From the NCBI RefSeq assembly GCF_964355755.1, contig NC_092680.1:21461045-21525044 (forward strand): a DNA stretch of 64,000 nt. Direction: 5' to 3'. Origin of the DNA: Antedon mediterranea. Taxonomy: Eukaryota > Animalia > Echinodermata. A program made the position numbers and the translations under genes. Below the pieces are notes generated by a model. The model was not told the DNA's origin, did not search any database, and saw only the letters and a list, made by a program, of their open reading frames with translations. This document shows positions 13,408 to 26,922 of this stretch, in pieces. Every line of letters begins with the position of its first letter. Position 1 is the first letter of the stretch.

Positions 13408-16159
13408 CCTTTACATTAATGTATTATGACACTACTGCCAAATATCCTTTGACATCATACTATGTTAATTCACGCGTATTAAATGACGTAATACATCTGT
13501 ATCACTGATGATAATTAGCATGGACAGGTTTCTCCGTACACTAACTATACTATTTCAAGTAAGCAATATACAGAAAAACTGAGGATATTCAACCTTTTCA
13601 CTAAACATTTTCTAAGAATATTCAAATCTGACTTAAAATAAAGTAGGAATAGTCAAGTACTTGACATAAAAACGATACTTACTTAGCAGAATCAGAGATT
13701 CGAACTGCAGAATTTCTCCAATTTTGACGAAAAGAAGATTAAATTGTATACGTTTTACTTTTAGTTGATGTTATTTGTTTTAAAAGACTTCATGAAAGCC
13801 ATATACTGGTATTTTAACCAGGTAGCTTATTGTATACAACGTTGAAGTTGCTGCTATATACTTTAGTGAAGAGAGAGAAAATAATAAAATATAGGCCTAG
13901 GCCACATACACCAGGAAGTAAGCTAACATATTTAACACTAAATATATTGAATCCAATTAAATATCGAATTCTATAACTATCTAAAAAATTCATTTCTACA
14001 AAAGTTCAATAACCCTCATACGCTGAACTTACGACACTCTTCGATTACGGAAGTATTTTAATTGTCGTTAAGTTAAGTGGAGGAGTAGGCGGAACCTCGT
14101 TATTATCACCATTACCGAATCATTACGAACACTTACGAATCGCTGTGTTCGGAATATCAAAGCTAATCTACCTGTGAGACTGTCTGGAGTATTCGCCTAC
14201 AGTTTTCCGAATACTTGAAGGTCAAATGACGTAATATAAGTATCGATGTTATCACCTGTAAAGATGAGATTCACAGGTGGGATATTCTTTCTAAAAATGT
14301 TCAAAATGACGTTTACTATCCTCCACGGTATGCATGGTAGCATGTTGGTGTACTTACATTGCATAACACAAAACCAGCATTACAAATGGAGGAATTATTT
14401 AGAATAAATAATAATTCCTCCGTGTAATATAAGTGTTTACTATTAGTGTACTACGTCCTTGACATAAAAAAAACATAATCGTTAATGTGGTAACATTAAG
14501 GTCATAAGAATCGAAACACGTCGCGTTAGGCCTACTGTGCCTAGCAAGAAATGTACGCCTACTATATAGCAAAAATAGTTAATCTTAAGGGAGCGTTTGT
14601 GACGTTTAATGTAACAAGTAATGGATGTTATCATTTATGGTTCAACGCCAATATTTATTTTGGCAAACAACTGCTCAATAGTGTCAACACCTGTACAGAA
14701 AAAAAGTGGATAAACTAGAGACAAGTGTGGGCCTGCAGCTCTATAATAAAAACATGATCTGATTTATTATCAGTATAAGAAGAACATGAAATGTATCTGT
14801 ATAAACAAATGTGACTCCAATGTCATCAAAATAGTTACACCATAAGTCTTGGCAAGAGTGTATATGCCTGAGTTTACGTAATCCGTCGCTAATATGAACA
14901 TTTGAACAGTTATGTTAAATAAAGGGCACGAATCCGACGTTTGTTACGTCGTATTTTGTAATATTTATCGTAGTTTGACATACGTTAGCTTACAGTTTAG
15001 TATCATCAAATCTATAAAAATCCCTTGAATTTCAATAACCGGCACTAAGGGTATGTTCAGACAACTAAAAGTCAAATATATATATAACCTTCTAACTCCA
15101 AACTATCTCTAAACATAAACCGAAAATAGGCAGCCCAACCCATAGACAGACATGCTGGCCATAAACTTGTTTATGAAGAGTTACGAGCGTTACGTAAGTG
15201 CTATCGTCTGCCAACATTTTACCACACATCGTTTTCAAACATTGTGTGACATCTTGGAAATATTAATAATATTTTGAATGCATTCTGTCAACAACGAATT
15301 GGTGGGTGATGGTATTCTGACAGTGTTTATAATGCGTATTCAGTCAGCAACACTGGGTGATGGTATTCTGACATATCAGTGTTTACAATGCGTACGATAT
15401 CTGTATTTAGGTTATCTCTGGCCCAATTCAATGATAATGCTGTCAAATAAGATGAACCGACACACATCGCCCTGTGTTCTGTCTGTAACAACATATCAAC
15501 TTACATAAATGCGTCACATACGTGAAATGTATCTGGCGCAACGGGTGAAGTATCGGTATTGCGCGTGCCGCCCGGACACAACAGTAAAGCTTGGTTCCCA
15601 AATTTCTATCCCAGTCAGAAATCAACCTCTCCCCTACACATTACTCGTTGCACTAAATAATATATTTATACACACAATACGAAAATGATTTCCACAAACA
15701 GTGGTACTCAGATAACGTTCCAATTTCAAGGCCTACTTCACGCCGGGTTCTCAGTTCGTCCGCAATGCCATCAACCCCATTTTCGCCTCTCGAGACCATT
15801 GGCAAGATATTATAATTTTAATATATGTTTTTCACATGTTTATACAATTGTAAGTCGGTCATTTTACATAATATCAACATAAGTTGTTTTTTTTAATGTG
15901 GGTCATCTTTAATTCTCTTTTTAACAACCAATAAACATGTTTACAAACAAGTTATGATTCAGGTGACGCTGTTGCCTTCTAACATGACGGTCACTTCAGT
16001 TTTGCCGGGTTTTATAGTATAGGCCTAAATGTGTGGATGAATAAGATTTGATGAGTCACAATTGACCAACAAATGACTGCCAGCATTTACTCTAAACAAC
16101 AGAATGCATCCTTCTGCTTTGGGTCGAGAGTAGTTTTTTTTTTTGTGATTGGTAATTTC

Positions 16160-16333
16160 AATTGGGTTTCACTGGAGGAGAGGGAGGGGGTCAACATCAT
16201 TAATTGGGTTTCACTGGAGGAGAGGAAGGGGGGTCAACATCATTAATTGGGTTTCACTGGAGGAGAGGGAGGGGGTCAACATCATTAATTGGGTTTCACT
16301 GGAGGAGAGGAAGGGGGTCAACATCATTAATTG
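16160..16333. repeat. 42/43-bp G-rich minisatellite x4
   Basis: Unit AATTGGGTTTCACTGGAGGAGAGGGAGGGGGTCAACATCATT. Confidence 0.95.
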
Positions 16334-16527
16334 ATTTTAATGAGGGATCGAGGAGGGATTGCTTTAGAGGTATGATGAGCGAAGGTTGCCTGAATCGGTT
16401 CATTTTTTTTTAATACCAACGTTCACTTTTCGACCATTATTCATAATTTTGATAGGCCTATCATTTTATTTTAGTTTCTATTAAAAACTCCGAGTTTATT
16501 AGCTCAAAGTTTCGTTTTGGGACTGTA

Positions 16528-16619
16528 TATACGAAGGATACGGTAATCCATACAGCGTATACGAAGGATACGGTAATCCATACAGCGTATACGAAGGATA
16601 CGGTAATCCATACAGCGTA
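16528..16619. repeat. 30-bp minisatellite x3
   Basis: Unit TATACGAAGGATACGGTAATCCATACAGCG. Confidence 0.95.
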
Positions 16620-17527
16620 AGCATACCAGTATAATTAACTTATATTGGGACTCGACTCTTCTGGTCAATTTGTCATTTTCCATGGTCCCGAAACAACTAT
16701 ACAGTACACCATATAAAATATTAATGCGTTTTCGTATAGATTAATATTCAGTCAACCTTGAACCAGATGTATCAAACACTAAAACTACCGGTACAATTGA
16801 TACACTGATCAACGCACTTACGATAAATGGAGACAAGTCAATATTTATTTAATAACTGATGACATTATATGCGGTATAGTAATCTAGTTGCGATGATGGC
16901 ACTTGGCCGGCAATGTATTTAGGCAGCAGCTGTAATCCATCTTTTACTCACAACTACTACACCTAAATGTTATGACATACACTTCTTAGAATTTAACACA
17001 CAGAACATATTAATGTTTGCGGAAGTACCCACGCGTATAAATTTGTATTAAACCGACATTAATGGCCTTTGATCGACCTCCTCTTCTGGTATACGTAACA
17101 TAGTTCTTCCATGACATGTTAGCCCTTTTTTCACGCGTATGCTAACGTAATGCGTCGGGTTGCCATTTAACGCGCAACGGATGCTCTCCGAACTAATGTC
17201 GTACGTTATTGCGTTCTGCTAGATTATCTAGATTATGTGCATGGGCACATTGTTTTATACGTTTGTTAACTGATGTAGCTATCTTTTCTACAGTCCTCCA
17301 TTTAGCGGCATTCCCATTCTGACAAATTGCGAACTCGTAATTCGTAATGTCTGCGACGTGAGGTGTCGCATGTCGCGTGTGGGTATCTATTTGATTGATG
17401 ACTCACCTTGCCTGCTGTAATCGTAGTTGTTGAATCTTCCGCTCAGATGAAATATAGTTCATTGACCTAGTAACTATGTGGCCAGTGTTAATTTGTATTT
17501 CTACAGAATATGTGAAGGAAAGAGTAA

Positions 17528-17690
17528 AGCCTTGTCTACACTATCAAACTTTATGTGTCAAAAAAGTTTGATGTGCCTATATATGGTATAGTGCTATGCT
17601 TAAATATGGTAGTGATATGACATCATCATTTCCATATATGGGCACATCACATTTTTTTGACATATAAAGTTTGATAGTGTAGACAAAGCT
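17528..17690. mobile_element. MITE family B, complete copy (PIF/Harbinger Tourist-type)
   Basis: TIRs AGCCTTGTCTACACTATCAAACTTTAT...ATAAAGTTTGATAGTGTAGACAAAGCT, with TAA on both sides. Confidence 0.85.
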
Positions 17691-19026
17691 TAATAAATAT
17701 TATTATTTACATGAGGCTTATTGCATGTAGTTGCTTGTTATCCCATTCACAAATACGACACAGAACCAGAAATACTGTAACACCAATTCCACTTCCACTG
17801 TATAAGTATAGAAATATATTCTTTCGTCATTTTTTGTATTCGTTATTATGCTCAACTTTACATGTTTCTGTTAAATAAATATAGGCCCTATCAACAGCCG
17901 TTCAGGGACGGTGCATCCTTGTAATGCGTAGTATTTCGAATCCCGCCAAATTTAAGAATTTATCACCAAACTTACAACTATAGATTTAAATCTGAGCAAA
18001 GGAAGGGCCAGCATTTTTGTGACACAAGCCTCAACGGTAGCGTTATTATGAAATTAAACGTTTTATAATTTCTCTCAACCACACCCATTCATCACCAACA
18101 TCCTCTATGCCTGTCAAAGTCGGTAAGACAGGCTCAGTCACCAGCAGTGCATTGAACTCTGAATGTAGAAAGAGCATGTTTAGCATGGATAGGTTAGTTT
18201 CTCCATGGTTTGAGGAGCATGGTTTGAGGAGCATGGATTTAGGTGTGTCACCTTTAAAATTAACAGAGTCTCCAAGAACGTAAAGAGGGTGGGAACAGAT
18301 GAAAGAGTTAAAAACAAGGGGACTTGAAGTCCAGCAGCGTACTTAAAAACTCATTTCTTCCCGTCACCTCTTCATGTTCAAACCCACCAACGTACAACCA
18401 TGAAGGAACCTCCAATGGTACAAAAATCTGTTTATTTACACGATATTCAATTTTGATTACCACCAGACTAACCGACCAACTGACCTACAGACCGGCTGAC
18501 CACTTGACCGACATGAGTTATGTTATACCTGTATTTGTATTATTACAATCTGATGAACAGTTGTAATACATATAACGTGTTTAATCAGATAAACCGAAAT
18601 AGTTTCAATGTCGATGTATTTTTTTCATTAGATTATTTTTGCTGATAATAAGTTGTTTACAACCTTCAAATGCATACAACTATAAGAAGTAACCACAGAG
18701 ATACACTTATACTTTAATTTCTATAGAATAGCAAGTATTATGAACTTTACATATCCTATTATAAAGGAAGTTATATTTGTTCTTGGCTCTAAGTATTGTA
18801 TTGTCTAAACGTCCGTTGTGATAGATCGGTTGAATAGAACCATGGGGCTAATAGACAGTTTAACCTGTTTAAAGGTGTCCGTGACTCACCTGTACCCATC
18901 TGGTATATCATTTGTGGTTTGTTACGTATTTATATATAAACTATTGTTACATTTCCTGACTGTATCAAGAGTGGGCGTGGCAGTTGTTTAACATGATTTT
19001 TACGATTATTTATTATTTTGATGTGA

Positions 19027-19329
19027 CAGTATAATAGGCACATACTATAATGCAGACTCACATGTATCACATGTGTTGCCTGTTATCATAGGTCGTGACC
19101 CACAATGTCAAATATAGAGATGCTACAGTACGGTATCATAGGCACATACTATGATACAGAATCACATGTATCACATGTGACGCCTGTTATCATAGGCCAT
19201 AAGTACAATGTCAAATACAGAGACACTACAGTATCCTAGGCACATGCTGTGATACAGAATCACATGTATCACATGTGACGCCTATTATCATAGGTCATTA
19301 GCACAGTGTCAAATATAAAGATTCTACAG
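19027..19329. repeat. Diverged ~100-bp tandem repeat x3
   Basis: TAGGCACAT...TCACATGTATCACATGTG...TTATCATAGG...TGTCAAATA recurs three times. Confidence 0.8.
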
Positions 19330-20049
19330 GGACTTCCTACCTTTGTAAGGCAATTAAAAAAACACAAAAAAGGACCACCATACAGAAGTCTTGCCACTAA
19401 CAAATGTGTGTGATCGCAAAAACAGAATAATTATATTTGATAACAGGTATTTTATTTTATTTTTTCCAAGCAAAATTAAGACTAGTTACAAGCATGTCCT
19501 TGGACATACCGTATTGTTGTTACCGTAATAGGAGGGGATTTATCGACAGACATAACACATTTCAGATAGTAGGCCTAACACATGAGTATAGGTTGATTGA
19601 TTGCGTATCGCATGTCGGAGACACACATCAAGTTAGGCATTGAAGAATACAACAGGTACAGATTTATCAGGTATAATATACGATTTGAGTACAGGCCCTA
19701 ATTATTATCAAAACCAATAGGTTGCATTTGGGTCAACGAACGCCCGAGGGCCGAGACAAGACAACAACGGAATCATCCCAGCCTAGTTTAGTAAACATTT
19801 CCCTTCGAAAAAACACAATACACAGATCAAACACATCATCAGGACAATTATCTTCGATATAAATCGGAAGGCCTCGGGTACATTTCGGATATTGCTGACA
19901 AAACAAAACATCCGAGTCTATCAACGATGGTACAATATTAAATCATGTATCAAGCTGTCAGAAATGATACGATGGATTACGAAAGGAATCATCATACCCA
20001 AGGCCTAGGAAAATTGAAATTCTGTTTAAATTTAGACATAAATTTTAAT

Positions 20050-20212
20050 TTGTTATTTATTTTTACTGGGTAACCGCTTTAGTCAAATGCTGGTCATCCA
20101 GATGGCGCATATGATCAGTGGCTTGAGTGATAGTGGCTTTGTGCGTACTAGTACACCGGGGTAACTCCCTATTCGTCTCGAAAGATGTACTAGGTTCTTG
20201 TGCGGGTTATGT
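20050..20212 (-). mobile_element. SINE fragment with a Nin/Deu-type central domain and A-rich tail
   Basis: The - strand AAGAACCTAGTACATCTTTCGAGACGAATAGGGAGTTACCCCGGTGTACT resembles the Nin/Deu SINE core and is similar to 61905-61955. Confidence 0.55.
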
Positions 20213-20596
20213 ATCAATAATTATTTCCTTTTACTTAAATTAGGTCTAAATTAATACTGAATATGATGTATAGGCGCGCCTATTCATAAATGTTTCATTC
20301 TATTTTAATAACCATGGAGAAATGTATAGGCCTACTACTAACCTATAGTAGTATACATATTTTTGTTTTATTTTATTCAATCGAAACCAACAGCGATAAT
20401 TACCGCCACTAGCAGGTTTGATACAAACAAAGCCAGGACTGTTTAAAGCACCTTGATTGGTCCTAACATTGATCAAGGTTTCAAGATTCTATCGTCTAAT
20501 GCCCGTCTTGACCAGAGGTCTGAGGCAGATACTAGATGCAGGGGCTGCCATGAGTCAGCAGTGCTGATTTCAAATGCCTAACGGGACCTCAGCTCC

Positions 20597-20714
20597 GTAT
20601 ACAGCACCCGCTATTCCCAGATGGCCCATCCAAGCTCTAACTAGGCCCAACGTTGTTATATATACTTCGGTGATCTGACGAGAACCGGTGTTTCAACGTG
20701 GTAAAGCCGTATAC
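20597..20714 (-). pseudogene. 5S rRNA-derived sequence (pseudogene or head of a SINE3-type element)
   Basis: The - strand reads GTATACGGCTTTACCACGTTGAAACACCGGTTCTCGTCAGATCACCGAAG...CAACGTTGGGCCTAGTTAGAGCTTGGATGGGCCATCTGGGAATAGCGGGTGCTGTATAC. This is collinear with metazoan 5S rRNA but has indels and no oligo-T terminator. Confidence 0.85.
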
Positions 20715-22487
20715 TATATTATAACAAACAAACAAAAACATGTCCATGTCGTTACTGTTTACGTATTGTTTTTATTAAATTTCCTAGAATAGTTAGAGTG
20801 TGAATCCGTATATTAGGTAATGAGGAATGATTATATAATTCATCGACTCATTAAGACAGGGATGGCTAGGCTACAGCTTCCTCATTCAATTATCACTTGT
20901 CTAATCCATTACAAAAGTGCATAAACATTTAATAAGTCTCTGCCTGTTTTTACTTCGTTTATATGATGTTTGTTGTCTGCTGGGCGTGGAAAGGCTGCTT
21001 CGTGTCAACATAAAATGGGTCTTTTATTTATTTAACAATAAATGTTTCAGCTGATGGTTGATAATCCCATAATCTCTGATAATCCCTATAATCTTTGATA
21101 GGCCTAATCCATTAATTTCTGTTAATCCCTAATTTCTAATAATCCTTTAAATGAATTGATTCCTTAATGATAGATGGTTCCCGTCTATAAATACGAATAA
21201 AACTCAAATCTGCATTAAATACAATTCAAGTAATCCCTGCAGACTAACTACGACAATTCATATCTTAAACTTCTAGTTTGCCTGATATTAGGCCTAAATG
21301 TTCGTCTTCTTATAATTACCGTACACTATAAAATATGCAACATCCTTCCGACAACATCCTCCTACAGCATCCTTCTCACAACAACCTTCCTACAGCATCC
21401 TTCCCCCGATCATTCCCCACCCCGTCCGCTGCAGACCACTGCCGTAGCACCCTGTCCCTCGCAGCACCAAATGTACGGTATCGTATAACAAAGTATCAAT
21501 TAACTATGGCCTTTGTATAAACAAATGTTTACTACTACAAACAACCTGCCATTAACAATATTACATTGAATCTTTTCACAATACTAGCCTTATATATAAA
21601 ATTAATGATCTATAATTAAATAATTCTAATTAATTATATAATGGCTTATAGGTTAAAGGAATATCTATTATTAATATAGAAAACGGAAAGTTTGCCCATG
21701 GCTCGAGTCAATTCATTAAATCAAATTAAATATAATCTGCTAGGTTATTAGGCTAAGCAGACAGAGGAATGCCAGATTAAACTGTATAGTGTAAGACGCT
21801 TTTCTGGATTTTTTTCATTTCTTAATTGATAACCGAATAACTGCAATAATTCGCAGAGTCATTTCCTAAAGGAGTGAAAATAAAACGTGTAAATCTGCAG
21901 TTTTACCATGTAGGCCTACAGGTATGATACTGTCAAGATATCCCTCAATGACGTACCGCATGGTAACTTATATACCTCTATTTTTGCCATGTAAAGTGGG
22001 TAATGATACTATATCCTATAATCACAATCTAGTTACTTTATTTACCTCTTTTACATTATACAGTATAGATATAATGATCCTGTCTGCTGTCCTGATGACG
22101 TAACTCATATTGTAAATGTTTGTAGGCCTATCCGGTATTTTAAATGGATAACTCACGAAATTACTCGTTGACAACAACTAAGAGGACTAAATTATTAAAA
22201 ACACTACACAAAAACGACCGAAAACAGCAAACACAATAACCCCCAAAATCAACAGAAAACAACCCGAAAAAAAAAAAAAAATACGATAGTCTTATTTAGG
22301 TCCGTATTATGAAAGTCAAATAATAAATATAACAATGCATCGATAGACCTGATGTACAAGATAAAGGAACATTATATTAAGTACGGTGAAAATACGATGG
22401 TGATGCCAATGACGATTTCGATGATCGTCATTATTATCGGTAATATCCTGCCTGCTGTCCCACCAATAGGCCTATGTGCAGGATGGA

Positions 22488-22644
22488 TAAACTATTTATA
22501 ATTCATCTGTCATAAGTCTTATTTGAGGCTTGGAGAGTGCAGTTGAAAGAGTCGTGAGTTACAACCCTACACTAGGTCAGGATTGAACCCTGGACCTTGG
22601 GATTGGAAGGCAAGCGCGTTAACCACCAAGCTACAGCTCCACTC
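22488..22644 (-). mobile_element. tRNA-derived SINE (or tRNA pseudogene with tail)
   Basis: The - strand has an A box TAGCTTGGTGG (22623-22633), a Gly(TCC)-like GCCTTCCAA and a B box GGTTCAATCC (22580-22589). The anticodon and acceptor stems do not pair, and the sequence continues into a non-tRNA body. Confidence 0.7.
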
Positions 22645-23408
22645 GGTAATGTTCTTCCTGCTGCCCACATAACCTAGGTCTATTGTACAGGGAATTCAAG
22701 AGGCAGCTCCACTCGGTAATGTTCTTCCTGCTGCCCACATAACCTAGGTCTATTGTACAGGGAATTCAAGAGGCAGCTCCACTCGGTAATGTTCTTCCTG
22801 CTGCCCACATAACCTAGGTCTATTGTACAGGGAATTCAAGAGGCAGCTCCACTCGGTAATGTTCTTCCTGCTGCCCACATAGCCTAGGTCTATTGTACAG
22901 GGAATTCAAGAGGCAGCTCCACTCGGTAATGTTCTTCCTGCTGCCCACATAGCCTAGGTCTATTGTACAGGGAATTCAAGAGGCAGCTCCACTCGGTAAT
23001 GTTCTTCCTGCTGCCCACATAGCCTAGGTCTATTGTACAGGGAATTCAAGAGGCTGTTCCACTCGGTAATGTTCTTCCTGCTGCCCACATAGCCTAGGTC
23101 TATTGTACAGGGAATTCAAGAGGCTGTTCCACTCGGTAATGTTCTTCCTGCTGCCCACATAGCCTAGGTCTATTGTACAGGGAATTCAAGAGGCTGTTCC
23201 ACTCGGTAATGTTCTTCCTGCTGCCCACATAGCCTAGGTCTATTGTACAGGGAATTCAAGAGGCTGTTCCACTTGGTAATGTTCTTCCTGCTGCCCACAT
23301 AGGCTAGGTCTATTGTACAGGGAATTCAAGAGGCTGTTCCACTCGGTAATGTTCTTCCTGCTGCCCACATAGGCTAGGTCTATTGTACAGGGAATTCAAG
23401 AGGCTGTT
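22634..23408. repeat. 70-bp minisatellite x11
   Basis: Unit CAGCTCCACTCGGTAATGTTCTTCCTGCTGCCCACATAGCCTAGGTCTATTGTACAGGGAATTCAAGAGG with an exact 70-bp period. Confidence 0.97.
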
Positions 23409-24203
23409 GTTCCGGACTACATGGTTTATACGGTATTGATAGAACATTTGTACCTCATTTAATACCAGAAAGCAGTATTTTTGTTCGTAATTAAAGCTAT
23501 TGTAGCATAAAGGTTAGAAAAGGAACCCCCGTTGTGTTAAACGGAACGCGTCCATCCGTAAACATTCCTATTTTTTCGTCAAAACATCTTTTTTTTAATC
23601 CAGCCAGTTAACAACAATTTTAATTGAGCTCTGCACTCAATGTTTATTTTATCAACGTGGGGTATTTGCAAAAAACACCAAAGAAACCAATAAATTGCCG
23701 CCAAATTGTAATAATAATAATAAATGTCGGTAAAAGAATTATTTTCTTTCACGTGGATGGGGAGGTGAGTGGTGGTAAGCTTTGTAAGACAAATATCGTT
23801 GTTTTTTTTCCTATACACAGATCCCATCGATATGGCAGATTAATTCCGACATGCACTCCATAAGCTCATGAGTGGCAAAACATATTACTTTAAAGGGGTA
23901 AACGACAAAATGCGTCACCGATAGGCAATACATATCGTCCCTCTTCAACGCAACATCGTCACCCCGGGGCCACATAAAAAACTAGGGTGTTAAATGCGAT
24001 TATCCCGGATGTTCATGGTCCCATAAAAACGTCACAAGGGTGCCATAAGACGAAATAGACACTTCCTCTTGTTGATAGATACTTTCCTATGGGACAAGCA
24101 ATCGTGGTAACAGTGTGGTAAACTTAAATACACGATAATATACGTAATAAAAACTGAATGCATTACAATAACGAAAGCAAATTTCAACAATCACAACACA
24201 TCC

Positions 24204-24680
24204 TGTAATTGTCCAATAGTAAAAAGGATATGGAACCTCCTCCAGGAAAAAATTTCAGAAAAAACTGGAGTGCAATTTATTTTTAGTAAAGAGAGCATAA
24301 TTTTCGGATACCAAGATGCGCATCAGTTTTTTAATTTAAAAGCCATTAATGCAATTATTCTAATTGTAAAATCATTTATTTATAAATGTAAACTAGTTAA
24401 ATGTAAGCCAACTATCAAAATGGTTATGAACGAGTTAAAAAGGTTTTATGAAACAGAAAAATTTATTTATCATCAGAATTTTGAGGACAGTATTTTTAAT
24501 AGAAAATGGATAAAATTAGAAGAATTTATAAATCAAATATGAAATGGTTAGAGAGTAGAATAATTTTTATGAACCTTTATTTAATTTGTTAGATGGATAT
24601 CTTTGTTGTTTTTGTTTGTTGCTTTTAATTTTAATTTAATTTTTTTATTTGATTATGTTTTTCCTTTGTAATGTATTATA
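24204..24680 (+). mobile_element. 3' fragment of an L1/Tx1-type LINE ORF2
   Basis: The in-frame peptide CNCPIVKRIWNLLQEKI...IIFG...INAIILIVKSFIYKCK...P...E...KW (stop at 24542) resembles the region after the zinc finger of L1/Tx1 ORF2. A T-rich 3' UTR-like tract follows. Confidence 0.65.
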
Positions 24681-24836
24681 TGTTTTCCCTGGTAACGTCA
24701 AGAACGATGATTGTCAGGCCACTAAACAGAATCCAGAATTTGTACCGGGATGTATACTATGTGAATACAAGCTTTACTGCAGTACTGCATCATTACTGCA
24801 GTACTGCATCACTGTCAGCAGTGGCGATTCCTCATA

Positions 24837-24992
24837 AGTTCTGTCTACACTATCAAACTTTATGTGACAAAAAAATGTGATGTTCACATATATGGACATG
24901 ATGATGACATATCACTACCATATTTGGAAATATCACTACCATATTTGAGCACTTTTTTTGTAAAACTAGTTTGATAGAGTGTAGACAGAGCT
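24837..24992. mobile_element. MITE family B copy
   Basis: AGTTCTGTCTACACTATCAAACT...AGTTTGATAGAGTGTAGACAGAGCT; the interior is homologous to 17528-17690. Confidence 0.8.
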
Positions 24993-26798
24993 TTACAGAT
25001 TTGCATCGGTAACTTGGGATTGAGAGGTGATAATGGTTTAGAATATTAGGCATTCATTTTGCATTTTTGTGTATCTTGGCAGAAGCTATTTGAAAGTATT
25101 TTAAATAAAAATACGTAAAAATTGTTTTCATTTATGTTTTTTGATGACATGATAGAGGTTAGACGGACGTCATATTTCGATGGGAATCGATACACAAAAA
25201 GTGTGTAGCTAACTCAACTAAGTACCCTCGTGATACCAATTTGGATGTTCTGCACAAATCCCCACCGTTCAAGTATCATTTTCAATAACATACACCTTAT
25301 AATTGAAGTTAGGTTATATACAATATTAATCTTCCACTTAAGTAAGTACTCAAAATAATCTGGAAACACAGCAGTTATGAGCAGGTCAGTGCCTGAGGGC
25401 TGCAGCATTTCAGTCCTGATGTTGCTAGCTACCAACTCGTAGACACTCACCACGACACCAAACTGATAAATAGCCATAATCCATGCGAAAATCATAGACG
25501 TATGGGTATAGTTTAAAACGGTATAACAGAGTTTATACATTTGAAAGCTTTACGTCGGTGATGGGGATGATGTATGGACCTGATCCTTAATCTGCTTTGG
25601 AGCTTTAAACCCCTCTCGATAGGCTTACACCCGGTCGAACCTATAGGCATAGTTTACCTGGGCAAGGCCTTGAATGTTAAGATAACCGACAGTGGATGAG
25701 AGAGATGGGAAATTGTGGAATTTTAGTTTTTGACATTTAAATCCTCTAAACCTGTAAACATAGTTCAGATATGCCTGGGTGGTCCTCCTAGTCTTGTCCT
25801 TGTCGGCTTTTGGGGTTCGATTAGGCTATAGGCCTACCATTGGTGTATTGTACATACAGTAGTGGTGTATAGAGGTATTTATTAAATCCATTTTCTATAA
25901 TTAATCTGTGACTGTAACTGTTGTAATTCATGGGAAACACTATATTGGATTTCCCCAGTGTTGTGTTTTCTTGCACTCAGGTCAGTAAGGGCCTTTAGGC
26001 CTAGTACCTGCAGGTCTAGTTTGATACTACAGTATCAGCGGGAACGCAATACAACTTGCCAGTATGTGCAGGGTTTCCTCCAGGGGAATGTTATAAATCA
26101 GCTTGTTTAAAGTACACATTGTTTATTATATTATAATAGAAACTAGAACTCGTGGTTTCCGTCGAATGTTCCTTGTGAATGTTTTATCAAACTCATAAAA
26201 TAGGACCAAGCCTACTATCATCCCGCTCTAATAATAGGCCTAGTATTAAATATTTTCGCTATTATTATTATAAAATACATTGAATATAACCAAGTACACG
26301 AAATCACGAACATTTTAATTCGTTTGATGGGATAGAACTTTTTGATTTGTTTCGAAAAACAAATACAACCTTATCAAGGTACATTAGCATGATAATCGTT
26401 ACTAATAATTTATTCCGATCAACACTATCATCTCCGTTTGATACATAACCATAAGGTAGCATAGACATTTTACAATCCAGGATACAATATTATATCACCG
26501 TAAATGTGCGATAAGAGGAGGGGTAACACAGTAAGTAGACAGGCTCGCTTCATATGACTCCCAGGAGACACTCCCCGTAAATAAAAGGGAACATAACACT
26601 ACGGCCAATCCCTATTTAAGGTAGTGGACACCCTCCCAAATCTGTTGAAAATATTCCTAAAGAAGGTCAGTGTCTTAAGCTTGGACGTAGACCAAGTTCA
26701 ATGTCAACGCAAAGAAGTTCAATTGTAGGCCAAGGTTAAGCAGCTTAAAGCTGTAAATAGACGGGGTGTTGGGCGGCTGAGTAGTGCTTTCAACGCTT

Positions 26799-26922
26799 GC
26801 AAAGTACAAGGACAAGGGGGTGCTCGTTTGTGTGTAATTAAATGGTGTCTTAAAAACTTAGCAAGGTACAAGGACAAGGGGGTGCTCGTTTGTGTGTAAT
26901 GGTGTCTTAAAAACTTACCAAG
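26799..26922. repeat. ~60-bp tandem duplication
   Basis: GTACAAGGACAAGGGGGTGCTCGTTTGTGTGTAAT...GGTGTCTTAAAAACTTA occurs twice. Confidence 0.85.

Noticed and set aside
20597-20714. Functional 5S rRNA gene
   Set aside because: It is solitary, has indels in and around the internal control region and lacks an oligo-T terminator.
22570-22644. Functional tRNA-Gly gene
   Set aside because: The anticodon and acceptor stems do not pair and there is no T-run terminator, so a SINE head explains it better.
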